This document shows positions 13,208 to 28,000 of a stretch of 64,000 nt of DNA, one piece after another. Location of the stretch: contig CM119266.1 in NCBI GenBank assembly GCA_051294375.1, forward strand, positions 7,327,707 to 7,391,706, written 5' to 3'. The stretch comes from Paraspadella gotoi. Its lineage: Eukaryota; Animalia; Chaetognatha. How positions within the stretch are numbered: position 1 is the stretch's first letter; every line of letters begins with the position of its first letter. The notes beneath the pieces are model-generated. The model had not been told where the DNA came from, made no database searches, and worked only from the letters and a program-made list of their open reading frames with translations. The position numbers and the translations under genes are program-made.

Positions 13208-15654
13208 TAAGAAGAAAAAAATGAAAACACAGGAAAAGTGAACAGTAAAGCCTTTTTATTCCGAGATCTCAAGAAATTCCTTTGCCGCCTTAAAGTGGTT
13301 AAAATTCCTCTAATTATATTTATTTTACTGTAGAAATATATTTTATTGGCTAATGAATAGTTAAATATTCTCTTTTTTATTATTCAAAAAATAATAAACA
13401 AGACATTCCTCTAAAAATTGAAAAACGGAAAGATGTTAAAAGTGTAAGATATATTTTAATTACTACATAAATATATTTTAATTACTACATAATTACTATA
13501 TTAATACGGCTTATGAATCTTGGTATTTATGCAATTAAAAAGGATAATAATATTTTAATAACTTATAAGAACTAAAATTTAAAAAAAGGGAAAAAAATTA
13601 GCAATAAAATTTTGATAAAAATACGTTTTTTTTCCCTTGAGGCGATGAAGTTTTAAAAGGATCTTTTGTCGTTTTCAGCCTCAAGAAAAATTATAAAGGG
13701 AGAGGGGAGGAAGAAGAGGAGAGAGGAAAGGGGAGGAAGCAATGAGGCAAGCAGGAGGCAAGCAGGAGTGGCGATAAGCGTACAGAGATAAGCTTAGTTA
13801 TCGTCGGGAGCCGATGAACGTCAGCAGTTAAAAGTTCAGTGAACTTTGAAGGCGTGAAAATGTGAATGGGTGAACTCTTCACAACTCAAGAATAGCCTCA
13901 GCAACACTTAACAACAACAACAACAACCACCACCACCACCAAATCTTGCCAGCCAAATCATTTCAACCCCCATCGGGGTTTTCATCTTCAACAGCACCCC
14001 AACTCCACCCTCTCACTTCAGCATCCCCCCCAAACTCCAGCACCACATCCTCTCTCACCTTCTTGTGCAGATGCAGGATGTACTCGGCCAACTCCAGCGC
14101 ACCCTCGTCGACGCCTTCAGTCGGCGTCGGCGCCGGAAACCGGAAGTGGAGTCGCTCCTTCCGCCCCTTGGCGAGGATGTCCTCCTCGGAATTGCCGAGA
14201 GAATTGCCGGAATCGCCGGGACTCGTCTCGGCGTCCGCGCCGGACTCCGTCTTGCGTTTCTGGTCCTGGAGAGGAGAGAAGAATTTTGAAAAGAATCTGA
14301 TTAAAAAAAAAATAATAATAATATAATGAAAATAATTTCATATCAAAATCAATAATATTATGATAATAAATAATTTTCAATTCATAATAGTATTTTTAAA
14401 TATTTTTTAAAAAGATATCAGTTATTTTCCGATGCTTGATTTTTTTCTACGATCTAACTACCTTATTGGTCAAAACTTATCATACACAAGTTATTCTTCC
14501 CACCGCTAGACGATTTAACCCATAGCTCCTATAAGTACAACTCGATCAGTGCTCAGACTGTTCACAATCACAGTGCTTTTCTATCCACAGTTCTCCTACA
14601 CAGTTGGCTCTCTCTAGCATTGTGCGCTGCAATTTGCAGAGTCCTAAATCCACAACCCACCTGAAGGTTGGAACCTCTCGTCAACGTCGATGACGGCGAC
14701 GTGTCTCGCTTCCCGCCGCCGCCGCCCTCGCCGCCGCAGCCGCTGCCACTGCGACCCGCCGCCCTCACTGAGCGGACGACCCGTTCCAGCGCTCGGTCCA
14801 GCTGCGTCCGCATCCAACGGAGGGTGTTCTCGTAGTGATCGTGCATCGCGGTGAGGGTGTCGACGCAGGTGCGCCGCATCTGACGGTAGAATTCCTCCAC
14901 GTAGAGTTTGAGGAAAGGTTCGTGGAGTTTGAGGAGGATCTGGGAGGAGGAGGAGGAGGAGGATGGGTGGGAAGAATGTAATTTAATGTATCTCAAATGT
15001 AATTCGATTTTCTAGTAAATGGAGGGGAGAGGAGAGAAAAAGAGTTCATACCGCGGTTAACGGTTACATTTATTCACTGTTAAAGTGTTGATGCTAAATT
15101 TGTCGCACGCATTCTTTTCAAAAATTAGTTTTTATAGGCGTCTACTTCTGCGCGGGGGATTGCGTACTATATGATTTTGTGAAGTTTTGTGAGATAATGT
15201 TTTGTAATCCGTTTTATTATTTCGTATTTCAACTCTTTTTAATGATTTTTTAACCTGTCAGTCCTTTTATTATTATGCGTTTTATTTCGAATTCAACAAG
15301 GTTGATTCAGTACATATTTTCAGATTCCTGAATGTATCTTTTAATCATTACCTCCTATTAATCTTTATTTTCTAACTCAACGTTCAAAAGGTTACAAAAC
15401 GAATTGTTAAAAAAAAAAAATTCTTTCCTGCTGGCGACTACGGCGACGACGACGACGCAAAACAAAAGACACAGTCTCATTCTCTCATTCGAGTTCGCGA
15501 CCCACCAGGGGGCTTAAGGAAAAAGGATTTTTTTTTATTTAAGCCTCGAATAAAAGAAAAAGAAGCAAAAAAATCTAGAACGCATTTTTTTTTATTCCTT
15601 TATATTTTTTTAACATCTTTACCACTCCCTCTCTCGTCGGGAATCACTCACGCG

Positions 15655-15721
<67 letters not shown>

Positions 15722-18700
15722 CGATACGGGTTGAGTGTGAATCGATATGAGGCGAAAGATTTTTCACGCTTGATTCATACGTCACCTCCTTATCGGCCAA
15801 TCCTTCCTATCAGCCTCTTTGACCTCAGACTTATGGTTATCGTCGTACTCAACTACTCATCTCAACTACTCATCTCCACTTCTCATCTCAACTACTCATC
15901 TGTTCATCTTCTTCCTTCGAGATTCAACATCATCCTTGAATTTTATTTGTAGAAAATCACGACTATGTTTCACTTAATTATCCTATAATACATTTTTTTA
16001 AGCTTGCTTAAGTTGTTTGTCAGTGAAATGTTTACTGGTTATTTTTCTCTCTCTCTCTCTCTCTCTTTCAAAAATTCATTATCAATCCACCTAATGATTA
16101 ATCTCTCTTTCTTCTTCTCTCTTCAGCTTTCCCTCTTTATCCTAAGAACAAAATTCTAAAAAAAAAGAAGAAAATCCAAACTGATTTGCAGAAAAAAAAG
16201 TTTTTGGTGATTTTGCTTCATATATAAGATTTCTTATCTTTTCATAAATCCTCTCCTTTAGTCATGTTAAAAAGATGTAGTTCAGGATTATGATAAACAG
16301 GATTTTCTATTTGTCTCTTTCACCGCTCTCTCTCTCACTCTCTCTCTCTCTCTCAGGTCTGTTTTCTTTATTACAATCTTTGGCGGTAGAAGGTTTAAAA
16401 TTCTCGGCGTGTTTTTCGACACATTGCTCTTTTTTTATTCAAAAATGTCTTCAAAGACTTTTTTTCTCTTAACCTTGAAAAACTTAACTCCTTTCGCGTC
16501 TGCTATCAAAATCCCCCCCAACGCCCCCTTCCCAAGCGCCTTTCAATTTAAAAACCTCAAGTACCCCTTAAATACTTTTCATTTTCAACCCCTCTCTCAA
16601 ACAACCTTTTCCCTAAACACACATCATTTTCTACCCCCCCTCCCCTTAATTCCGACCCTTAAACGTCTCTTGCGTTTGTCAAAGCAAATCTTTGTTTTAG
16701 GCTCTTTTTTAGCGCCCCTTAATTTTTTTTTAACCCTTTATCGAGTCCGATACGGAGGTTTACTAAAGCTTAAGATACATAAATTATATTTGAATTTGAC
16801 CAAATGCCCCCCAAAACCCCATTTTTCGTATCCCCAAATACTTTTCTACCCCCTACGACGCAAAGAAGAGCAAATTTCTTGATTTCGAATCGAAATCCAA
16901 TTAAAACGAATTTAGGCGACAAAGAGTCTTCACGTTTGTTTTTTCTTTGCACGACCCAAAACAAACAGAGAGAGAGAGAGAGAGACTCGTCCCCGAAGCT
17001 GTCAAAATCGTCCTCTTTCTTTTTCTTATCATAAATAAAATTCCATAATTTACCATTTTGATGTTTACTCGGTAAAAATTATTTTGTTTTAACTTTTTTT
17101 TTCAATAATATATATGGTTCAGCGTAAAAGTCGCTAAATTTAGCTAGAATTAGAAATATATAGACTATTTCCAGTTTAACTAAAAAATTTGTTTTCAATT
17201 TGTTTTGCTTTAATTTTGTTCAACTTCTTTTCCGGTTTTTTGAGGAAAAAACTTTTATTCTTCTCACGACGGGGTTTCCCTTTCCTGCTTTTAACTTACC
17301 TCCTTTAACTTACCCTTCGTAACCGATACTTTTTTTACCCACCCACTCAACACTTTTTTTTTGCTACTTTTTTCACCCAACCGATAATGTTCTTACTAAT
17401 TTCTTGACCCAACCTCTACTGGTATTAATCTTAAGTTTCTTTACTTACCCTCTCTCTCTCGCTGTCTCTCTCGTCCTCCCTCTAATTCCTTTCTCGCCAG
17501 TTGTCCTCACCCTATCTCGGCCTTACCCGGAGTCCGCCGCGACCTCACCCTTTTGTCCCTTTGAACCGACCCTAATCCGTTCCATCGAAACCCGAAACTG
17601 ACCTTTGCCACTACGCCTCACCCTCCGACAGAAAGAAAGTTGGTTCCACGAATTTCCCACAAATATTCCGTTTCTGGTTGTTAAGGCTCATTCAATGTTT
17701 GCGACAACAACAACCAATTTACCAACAAAAATTGTCAAAACATTAATAAATGTCTAGACTTTAAAGACAGACGGACGACGATAAAGCACCAGAAACATGT
17801 TTTAAAATCTGGCAGATGAACCGAAACAGAACTCTGAAACCCAGAAAAACTGGCTGAGAGAAACAAGAATGTTGACAAAACAATCTCTGGAATTGTGAAC
17901 AACGAAACATTGAACAGAACAAGGAATGGAACAAAGTCAACACTTGGCTTAAATTATATACGGGACAAGGACATGGTTTAAGACAATAGTTGAAAGAGTT
18001 GAAAGTGAAACCAGCAAATGGAACTTGGAAGATTAAAATTTAAATTTTTCCACTCTTATGTAAACAACAACTTTAAATTTAAAACTAAAATAATTTAACT
18101 CATCTTTTAACATAAGCAACTCTCCCACCAAAAACTCACCCTCATTGTCTCCACGCTGGGATGACTCCTCTGAATCCCCGTATCCGCCGGATACGCCACG
18201 CCACCCGTGGCGCAGAGATTGACGAGGCGTTGACGCAGCAAGGTCTCGCAAGGGATGGCGTGTTCGAACCGCGCCAACCAAGAGTCGAGAGGAAGGATGG
18301 AAGGAGAAGAAGGAGGAGCGGGAGAGGAAGAGGAGGAGGGGAGGGAGGAAGGAGTGGAAGGGGGAGATGGTGGAGGAGGGGTTAGTCTTGTGGAAGAGGA
18401 CGCCGCTGGTGGCGCTGGCGGCGCCGCGGGAGAAACCGGCGCCGTTTCGTCGATTGAAGACGACGTGAGCGACGACGCCGTCGACCGGAGACTCTCGGCG
18501 CCGGGAGAGAGCGGCGGCGACCACGAAGACACCGACGCGCGCCGCAGCATGGCGTTTTGACGCCGCGGCAGAGCAGGGTCGGCGCTTCGGCGGACAGACG
18601 CCGCTTTTTTGACGCCGGGCAAGAGGATGTGGTTGTTGTTGACGCAGGGGACGACGCCGGGCGGCGCCGCGTTGAGTTTAGCGTCCAGGGCGCCGACGAC

Positions 18701-18799
18701 GCCGTTTGGGGGCGTGACTAGGGTAGACATGGCGGAAAGTGGGCGTGGCGCGAAGGAGGAGGTGTAGGAGGAAGAGGAGGAAGAGGCGTAGTCTCGCAT
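8729..18799 (-). CDS. Gene B: multi-exon protein (>=882 aa) with helical/coiled-coil-like segments, long low-complexity regions and C-terminal PDZ-ligand-like -EIVTRF*; family not recognised
   Basis: Exons (minus) 18799(open to acceptor 18915)-18140, 14939-14661, 14265-14059, 11425-11338, 10888-10071, 9643-9403, 9084-8729. All are GT-AG, phase-consistent and stop-free. Helical blocks: LDSWLARFEHAIPCETLLRQRL, ILLKLHEPFLKLYVEEFYRQMRR...LRWMRTQLDRALE, LELAEYILHLHKKIKTLETKSAEAKRQHNQL. Confidence 0.85.
9403..9643 (-). CDS. Gene B exon (VKRRKGNEG...KAWVDVGEVANVVKRK)
   Basis: gccag| acceptor, G|gtgagg donor. Confidence 0.85.
10071..10888 (-). CDS. Gene B large Ser/Gly/Gln-rich exon
   Basis: ORF 9987-10859; ccccag| acceptor, ACG|gtgagg donor. 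Confidence 0.85.
11338..11425 (-). CDS. Gene B small exon (IKTLETKSAEAKRQHNQLSLLCSLAAKRL)
   Basis: caacag| acceptor, G|gtgagt donor; supplies the phase 0 to 1 shift the neighbouring exons require. Confidence 0.8.
14059..14265 (-). CDS. Gene B exon (DQKRKTESGAD...LELAEYILHLHKK)
   Basis: ctccag| acceptor, AAG|gtgaga donor. Confidence 0.85.
14661..14939 (-). CDS. Gene B exon (ILLKLHEPFLKLYVEEFYRQMRR...)
   Basis: cccag| acceptor, CAG|gtgggt donor, phase 0 to 0. Confidence 0.85.
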
Positions 18800-18915
18800 A
18801 TGGGAGGAGGAAGAGAATGAGTTTTTTGTTGTGGCAAGAGGAGGAAGAGGAAGAGTAATTTTTCTCGTTTGTAGATTTGATTCTCGATTTTTAAAGTTGA
18901 AAAGATATTTTAATT
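18140..18915 (-). CDS. Gene B first visible exon
   Basis: ORF 18107-18799; frame open to ttacag acceptor at 18915; AGG|gtgagt donor. Confidence 0.8.
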
Positions 18916-20062
18916 CTGTAAATTAAAAAAAAGGTAATTAATTAACTTTCATTTTTAAAGATGGACTTATTGGGTGGAATGCCAATTCCCCTTGAAGGTC
19001 GTATAATTATTAATAGTCTAAACAGTTAATTATCTTTTAACATGCATTTCGCTTTATTTTATTGATTTAAATAGTTTTGGTGTATTAAAATTCAAGCACT
19101 ATATTTTTCAATGAGTTCGCTCTATTCTCTCCGTTAAAATCACTGCGTTTAAAAAAAAGAGAGATTTAATATCGCGATTGGACTCGTGATATCTCACTCA
19201 AATCGGAATCACCTTTGCTCCCCTTTCCTGTCTTTTTTGCCTGTCACTCCCACTCTTAGTAACTGACACTGCTTCCTTGTCTGATAAACTCACTTTATAG
19301 TTTATTGTATCTTTCTCTTTGTTCTACTTATCTATTCGCAATTCTGAATAGGAAGCGGTTGTTTTTTGGCTGCATTCGTGACTACTGAAGATTTAAAGAA
19401 AAAAAAAGAGAAAATAAGAAAAATAGAGAAAAAAAATTAAAAGCCAATTTCTACTAGAAAAAAAATTATGAAAAAAAAACAAATTAACTTTAAGTACTGT
19501 TTATGAAAAAAAAAGTGAAATAAAAATTGAAAGAATTACTCAATAAGGAAAGCTAGAAATATTAAAGAGAAAAAATTCTAGTAAAAGAATTGATGAGAAA
19601 AAAGAAAAAAGGAAAAAAAGGAACAAAGGAAGTACAGGTTGAAAAACCAAGGAGGCATAAACGAAAACTGTCCGGCTTTTGATTAGCGCCTGAAATTCTT
19701 TCTCCGTTGATTAAGAGTTTCTTCAAATTACCTTCACAAAAAAGTCGTGTTGATCGGAGATAAACATTTACAAAAACCTTTTACCGGCCGGGATGTAAGT
19801 CAGTAAAATAAAAGTCGTAATGGTTATAAAGAAAATAAATCTACTTTATACTCGGTTACTTATTTGTAATACAATTTCCGATATCTTTGGAAAAACAACT
19901 TTTTAAAAAAAATATTATCATTTTTCATTCTGTGATAAAAAATTTCACCGGATCCGAACTTCGGGCAAAGTTCGGAAAATCTTCCACAAAAAAATTTTAT
20001 ATCAATTTAAATTTTATTTTATTTTTTTTTTGTTTTAATCTTTAGACTTTTGACCTCAATTA

Positions 20063-20127
<65 letters not shown>

Positions 20128-20767
20128 CTAAAATCTGCCTCTTGTATTCAGAGTTCCATTTCTAAGGCCGCGGGCGAAAAGAAGTTTCAAGTTTTATTTA
20201 ATATATATTTTTATTTTTCGGGTGCGTGGATGCATCGGTATAAGATTATTTTTGATTATTAGTTCATAGCTTTTGGCTTTTTAGTTATAAATAAATTTAA
20301 TCATTTTCGTTTTTTATTAGTAAGTTGAATTGATATTTGATATTTATATTCTTTTAAAAAAAACTTAAAAAAAAAAACCCAATCAACTGGTCACCGCATC
20401 CTCGAAGTTCCAAGATCCGTTATTATCAAAGATGTTTTTTTTCAGCGAAAGTTTAAAATGAGATTATTAATAATCGAAAAAGGGCGAAAGGACGACTTTT
20501 TGTGAAATGTTTTGTTATGCCAGACATTTTGCATCTGGATTTTTGGAAATGAGAAGAAAAATCAAAACAAACATTCGATTTCGATAGTTGATTTGTCACA
20601 GACCAAGCTCGATCCAGTCTGTAGTTTCTCTCTACACCTCTAAACAAGCTCTTCAGAGAGAGAGAATTTTGTATCCACGTTGACACGAAGTTTGTTTGTC
20701 TTAGCTTTCTTAGAAACCCTACTACTTTTCTTTTTAATTGTTTCTTTCTCTTGCTTAATCCTTCCTC

Positions 20768-20826
<59 letters not shown>

Positions 20827-21089
20827 TTTATTCTTCCGAAGAGATGGACTTCCTTTTTTTCTCCCGCCAAATGAATGCTAACAAAAACAATCACAACAAA
20901 GTCGCGAGATAAACAAAACTTTTACGGAAATTCATTTGTTTTTTCTTTCTTTTTTTTCTTTTTCTTATTTTTGTTTCTTTTTCTTTCTTTCGCTTATCGG
21001 ATTTGTTTTGTGGTTTTGAAGACACAGTTCGTGAGGACCAACTTGCCCACATAACTCAGCCGACGAGGTTGCGCCAAATCTCTATAGGA

Positions 21090-21260
21090 ATTGGACGACA
21101 AACTGTGGGCAAAGTTCCACTGGAATGACGACAAACTATCGATTAAAAATGACGGCAAAGTGCTACTTAAATAACGACTAACTGTCGGTCAAAAATAACG
21201 ACAAAGTGCCACTGAAATAACGATAAACTGCCGGTTAAAAACGACGGCAAAGTGACCGCC
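21090..21260. repeat. Short tandem array, ~43-bp unit, within a probable non-autonomous DNA element
   Basis: Recurring gacgacaaact / gacggcaaagtg motifs, about 4 units. Confidence 0.5.
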
Positions 21261-22051
21261 AAAAAGTGTCGGCTAAATGGCAAATCTACTCTACGGTCGA
21301 GCGATCGCCCGTGAGAGTCGGAAATGGCAACGGTTGCCACCCGCGGACTGTCGCCTCTCTTGACGCCGAGAATGCCGTCGAATGGCTATCAATGACATTC
21401 ACTAATCAATGGCAAAAATGTATGGCGAAATAAAATGTAGGCTCTTTCGGTAGGGTACTAATAAGGCGGGGTTATTAGGCTTAATATACAGGGTCATTAG
21501 CATACAGTAGGGTCGTTTCCATACAACAGGGTTATTATTATGCGAACAGTTCGTAACGTAGAGACGGGATCACTCAAGAGACCGAATTACTGGCTTTGAA
21601 AAAAAGTTCCGATCGGTTGTGGAGACTTTGCATCTATATGCGTTGGAATTCGAGGTTTGCGTTGAGATCCATAAAATTTGCTCAATGATGACGGCACCAT
21701 GAGATCGAAATCATAAAATCGGGACCCTTAAATTCACGCCGTGGTCACAACAGAAGGACTTCACAGTTTTTTCCCATCAACCGGATTTTTAGTCAAAAAG
21801 GGGAATCTGAAAAATAGGCAATCCCTTAAAACGAAAGTCATAAGTAGCCACTCCTCGAAAAGAACCCCTACCTTCGACACAATCCCTTACCCAACCTCCA
21901 ATAAAAAAAAACAGATCCGGAAAAAAAAATTCGCCTTCAGTTGTCGTCAATAACTTCCACTTTTTTTGTGCGATTTTTTTCCTTTTTTTTTCATTGGGGG
22001 AAAAAATCCTTTATTTGCGGATGAATTTTGAGTTTTATGAATTTTTTTTAT

Positions 22052-25000
22052 AAAAAAAACCGAAGCATTAAGAACTAAGCGAAATTCTAAGAAAGAAAAA
22101 ACAAACAGTCATTAATCTTGAGAAAAGTCGGGGCCTACGCAAGCGTTTGCCACCCCCCCCCTCCCCGCGTTCTCGCCCCTTCGGATGTTTTTTCCTCTTG
22201 TCGGTGGAAGGACGCAATTAACCGATATTTTCGTTTTTTCTTCATTGAAGGAAAATAAGACAAAAAAAAAGTATAAATCATATCTCATACAAATCTCATA
22301 CATAAACTCTACTCTCTCTCTCAAATAAATAACTACGCTCATAAACATCTCAAATAATTCTTCTCCTAACTAACATAACTCTCTCCATCTCTCTCTCCTC
22401 TACATGCTTTCTCTCTCTCTCATAATACAAAAAAACTTCTACTTCAATTTGTTAAGTTTTTTTTCTTCTCTAAATTTAAGTTTACCGCCTCCATCTATAC
22501 TCTAAGTATTTTGTGAGTTTTTTGTTTTTAATTTATTTTCTGTATTTAAAAAAAAAAAACAACTTAAGAAAGGCAGAAGCTTGAGTTTCAAACAACTTTT
22601 TTTTTTTAATTAAAGCATACTCCGTTCGAGAAAAAAATACTATAGAATAATTCGTCGGTACAATCGTAACAGCATTTTAGACTTCGAGAAACCGCGGAGG
22701 CGAATGAAGTCGTTCATTCGTCATTATTTTCATCATATCGTCGTGACTCATTTATGATATCATCATCGTCATCTTAATAATTATAGTTTTCTTACTACCA
22801 TCGTCGTTCATCACAATCATCCTGATTTTGATTATAATTATCGCCTTCATCCGTCATGTTATATTCTTTATCGCCAACACTAAGATTGACTTATATCAAA
22901 TTCAATAACAATAAAGTATTAACCGATTAAAATTTATAAAAAAAAATTTAAACGAAAAAGATAGGAATTTAAAACGAGGTCAAGGGGCACGTTTTAAACG
23001 CAGATCGTCGATCTACTCCTACCTCTCTCATCCTCCTTCTGCATAATTCTTACGTTTCATTCAGTCATTGTTCGTACGTCGTCTTCGGACTCGTCAATCG
23101 CTAACGTCAAGAAGAAACCAATCCCGGCTTTCACTTTCAACCGTCTTTGTATTTGTTTTGTTTTTGCGACGCTCATGACGAAACTTTTCTCGCCTTCGAA
23201 TTAGCATGGGGACGCGATTTTTGTACAATGCGTTACAATGGGTGCGTTTTGGATAAACAGAAAGGAAGGTAAGTAATGGGAAGGAAGATGGTTATATTCA
23301 GGTTTAAACAGCGGAAGATAATAAATTGATAACAAGAGAGAGAGAGAGGAGAGAGAGAGAGAAGAGAGTGAGAAGAGAGAGAGGAGAGAGAGAGAGGAGG
23401 AGAGGGAGATGTTTGACCCATATTACGTAAACACGAAATTATGGCTATGATGATCGAGTTGAGTTTGTTTGGTCCATGGCGCGGGACAACTCATCAATGG
23501 TGGATTAAATGAATCTTGGGCTGGTCGGTGGTGGAATGAGAGAGAGAGAGAGAGAGAGGGAGAGACGAGAGAGAGAGAGAGAGAGAGAAGGAGAGGAGGG
23601 AGAGAGAGAGAGACGAGAGAGGAGAGAGAACGAGAGAGAGAGAGAGATCGTGCTGAAGCTCAAAAATTACTGAAACAATGAAGACTTTTTGTTACCTATA
23701 GCCGACGATGAAACGATCGACAATAGTTTTTTGCTGTCCTTTTTTTTTTCTGTCCCTTTTTTGATGCGAGGACAGTTTTATCCTTTTCTGTGTGTTTTTT
23801 CTTGACCGATTTTTAATGAGCGCTGCGAGGGAGAAACAAAGAGAGATAGAGAGAGAGAGAGAGAGTGAGAGAGAGGCGTGTAGTAGGCTACAACGACAAT
23901 TACAATCAAAATATCATTTGCCTCTCGTTCAAAATCCGAACAAAAACAAGTTTCGTAATACGACAACCTAAAAAAAATAGCCCAGCAAAGATTTCATCGA
24001 TTACTTTTCATCGCTCATTAAAAAAAACAACAATAACGAAAACTAAACAACAATCGTTAAAGAAAAGTGAAGTAAGCTTCTCTCTCAACACTTCACAATA
24101 CAAACTCTATGTATATTTTTGTTTTTTCATTTTTCGTTCTTGTTTTTTTTTTGTTTGTTTTTTACTCGCGACAAAAAAGAACGGGAAGAACCTGATGAGA
24201 GAGTTCCAGTTCAGTTTTTTTTCTAGATCTACTTCTCTTCTCTCTTTCGCTCTCTCTCTCTCTCTCTCATCTCTCTCTCTTCTTTCTCTCTACTCTCTCT
24301 CTCTGTTCGATGGTTCGTTCTCAGACAACGAATCGTCAATAATATCGTCGTCTTTGTCGTTCGTTAACATCCTCCTCTTCCATCCTCCTCTTCTTACTTT
24401 TCCTCCTCTTCTCCATTTCCCGATACCCACTCGCTTCTCGCTCTCTCTCGTCTCTCTCGCTCTCTCGATGAACAAGAATCAAAATGTCGAATTTCAACTT
24501 TCTGCGTCTTACGTCGCGATTCCACCAAATCGCGTCTAGATCGCCTACTCGCCCTTCGACTTCGCCGATAGTCGTCCCATATTTTTTTATCTGTTTAATA
24601 ACTCTCTCTCTTTCTCACGTGAATATTTCACAGATTAAGGTGACCCGATTCACGAGGCAGATCGCGGTCATCCAGAAAAGACCCAGTTTATTCACGTATC
24701 TACTTTTTTTATCACCAGTTCTCGTCCACGATTTCGCCTTCACACTTTTTCCACACTTTTTCACACTTTTTATCACGAGCTTCACAGTTTATTTCCGCGT
24801 GATGTTCAACACACCTTGGATTTTTCTGGGATATCGAATATTCGGACAGCAACTCGATTGTAAAATGTGTAATTGATGACGGGAATCGAGAGATTTTCGT
24901 TGAAAAATAGGGGATTTTATTAGGTTGGGAAATAAGGGTTTTCAAAAAGATTATTTTGTGCGTATAGTTTACAAAAAGTCAATACTTTTAATTGTTCGTT

Positions 25001-28000
25001 ATATCACGTAGCAGATACACCTTTACTTAACAGCTTCTTCTATTTTAAATTAACTATATTAAATCAAAAAAAAAGATTATACATTTTTTAGAAGGCGAAC
25101 TGTTCTGAGGGACGCGGACTAGCTCAGGGTTGGCCGTAAAATCTCTACAACCTGTTTGTGCGATCATACACGATTCGTGCTGATATGTATAATATTTCTG
25201 CTTCTAAAGGAATATACATAATTATTCTTTTAGAGCAAAATATTATTAAAGCTTCAAATTAGTAGTATTTTTACAAACGATTAATTTTTTAAATGAGAAA
25301 AGTATTCAAAGATCGGCCAAGTATTTAGTAAGAAATTAAGAAGATATTAAAAATTTGTGTTTTAATCCTTAAGCGTCAGTTTTGGTTCAATATTTGAGCC
25401 ATTTTTAACATTGTTGAAATTTTACTGCAAAATATTGATTATAACAAAGATAATATAATAAACAAAAACTATAAAAATTTAATTTCTTCCATGAGACAGT
25501 TTTTGTCTAACTCATACATCGCACATATAAATTAGCAAAAGAATATATTATAAAAAAAAAATAATATACCAAAACAAAAATAACACAAAAAATGAGGGTA
25601 TAAAAACTTTTTGAAATCCTTGGATTCTGTACTGATCGAGGACCAAAAGCAGAAGTCGAGAAANNNNNNNNNNNNNNNNNNNNNNNNNTAGATGTAGCGG
25701 TGCGATGTATGGGAGTTAGACCAAAAACTGTCTCATGGAAGAAATTTAATTTTTATAGTTTTTTATTTATATTACTTTTGTTTAATCAAATTTGCAGTAA
25801 AAATTTCAACATGTTAAAAATGGCTCAAATTTGAACCAAAATGACGCTTAAGGATTTAAAAACAAATTTTTAATATCTTTTAATTTCTTATCTTAATACT
25901 TGGCCTATATTTTATACTTTTCTCATTTAAAAAAATTATCGTTGGTAAAAATACTACTATTTGAAGCTTTAATAATATTTCTGCTCTAAAGGAATAATTA
26001 TGTATATTCCTTTAGAGCAGAAATATTATAATATTCAGCACGAATCGTGTATTGATCGCACAAACAGGTTGTAGAGATTTTTACGGCCAACCTGAGCAGT
26101 CGCGTCCTCAGAACAGTTTCGCTTCTAAAAAAATGTTATTACTTTTTTATTGATTTAATATAGTTAATTTAAAATAGAAGAGCTGTTTAGAGTTAAAGTG
26201 TTCTGTACGTGATTAACGAAATTAAAAGTATTGACTTTTTTTGTAACCCTATAGCCAAAAATAATCTTTTTTGAAACCCTTATTTTCCACCAATAAAATC
26301 CCCTATTTTCACGAAAATCCTCTCGGATTCCCGTCATCAATTACCATTTTAAATCGAGTTGCGTTTCCGAATATTCGATATCCCGAAAAATCCAAGTGTG
26401 TGAACATCACGCGGAAATAAACTGTGAAGCTCGTGAATAAAAAGTGTGAAAAAGTGTGAAAAAGTGTGAAGGCGAAATCGTGACGATGACTGGTGATAAA
26501 AAAAGTAGATGACGTGAATAAACTGGGTCTTTTCGTGATGACCGCGATTCTCGTGAAATCGGGTCACCTTAATCTGTGAAATTATTCACGTGAGAAAGAG
26601 AGAGAGTTATAAACCAGATAAAAAAATATGGGGAGCGATCTAACGGCGAAGTCGAAGGGCGAAGTAAGGCGATCTAACGGCGAATTTTGTGGCGAATCGC
26701 GACGAAGACGCAGAAAGTTGAAATTCGCTTTTGATTCTTGTTCATCGAAAGAGAGCGAGAGAACGAGAGAGAGCGAGAGCGAGTGGGATCGGGAAATGGA
26801 GAAGAGGAGGAAAAGTAAGAAGAGGAGGAGGAAGAGGAGGAGTAGTACAACGACAAAGACGACGAATTTATCCGATTTGTGTCTGAGTAACGAACCAGTC
26901 GAATGAGAGAGAGAATAAAAAAAACCGAAGCATTAAGAACTAAGCGAAATTCTAAGAAAGAAAAAACAAACAGTCATTAATCTTGAGAAAAGTCGGGGCC
27001 TACGCAAGCGTTTGCCACCCCCCCCCTCCCCGCGTTCTCGCCCCTTCGGATGTTTTTTCCTCTTGTCGGTGGAAGGACGCAATTAACCGATATTTTCGTT
27101 TTTTCTTCATTGAAGGAAAATAAGACAAAAAAAAAGTATAAATCATATCTCATACAAATCTCATACATAAACTCTACTCTCTCTCTCAAATAAATAACTA
27201 CGCTCATAAACATCTCAAATAATTCTTCTCCTAACTAACATAACTCTCTCCATCTCTCTCTCCTCTACATGCTTTCTCTCTCTCTCATAATACAAAAAAA
27301 CTTCTACTTCAATTTGTTAAGTTTTTTTTCTTCTCTAAATTTAAGTTTACCGCCTCCATCTATACTCTAAGTATTTTGTGAGTTTTTTGTTTTTAATTTA
27401 TTTTCTGTATTTAAAAAAAAAAAACAACTTAAGAAAGGCAGAAGCTTGAGTTTCAAACAACTTTTTTTTTTTAATTAAAGCATACTCCGTTCGAGAAAAA
27501 AATACTATAGAATAATTCGTCGGTACAATCGTAACAGCATTTTAGACTTCGAGAAACCGCGGAGGCGAATGAAGTCGTTCATTCGTCATTATTTTCATCA
27601 TATCGTCGTGACCATTATTGATCATCATCATCGTCATCTTAATAATTATAGTTTTCTTACCTACCATCGTCGTTCATCACAATCATTCCCTGATTATGAT
27701 TATAATTATCGCCTTCATCGCGTCTGTTAATATCTTTATCGCCAACACTAAGATTGATTTCATCAAATTCGAATAACAATAAAGTATTAACGATTAAATC
27801 TTATAAAAAAAAATTTAAACGAAAAAGATAGGAAATTTAAAACGAGGTCAAGGGGCAGTTTTATAAGCAGTCGTCGATTCTATCCTACCTCTCTCACTCC
27901 TCCTTCTCATATTCTTCGTTTCATCGTCATGTCGTCGTCAGTCGTCTTCGTGATCGGTCATTCGGCTAACGCAAGAAGAAAAACAATCCCGCTTTCACTT

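Noticed and set aside
23865-24539. 224-aa ORF and other [12 protein letters not shown] ORFs
   Set aside because: Produced by GA microsatellites and low-complexity sequence.
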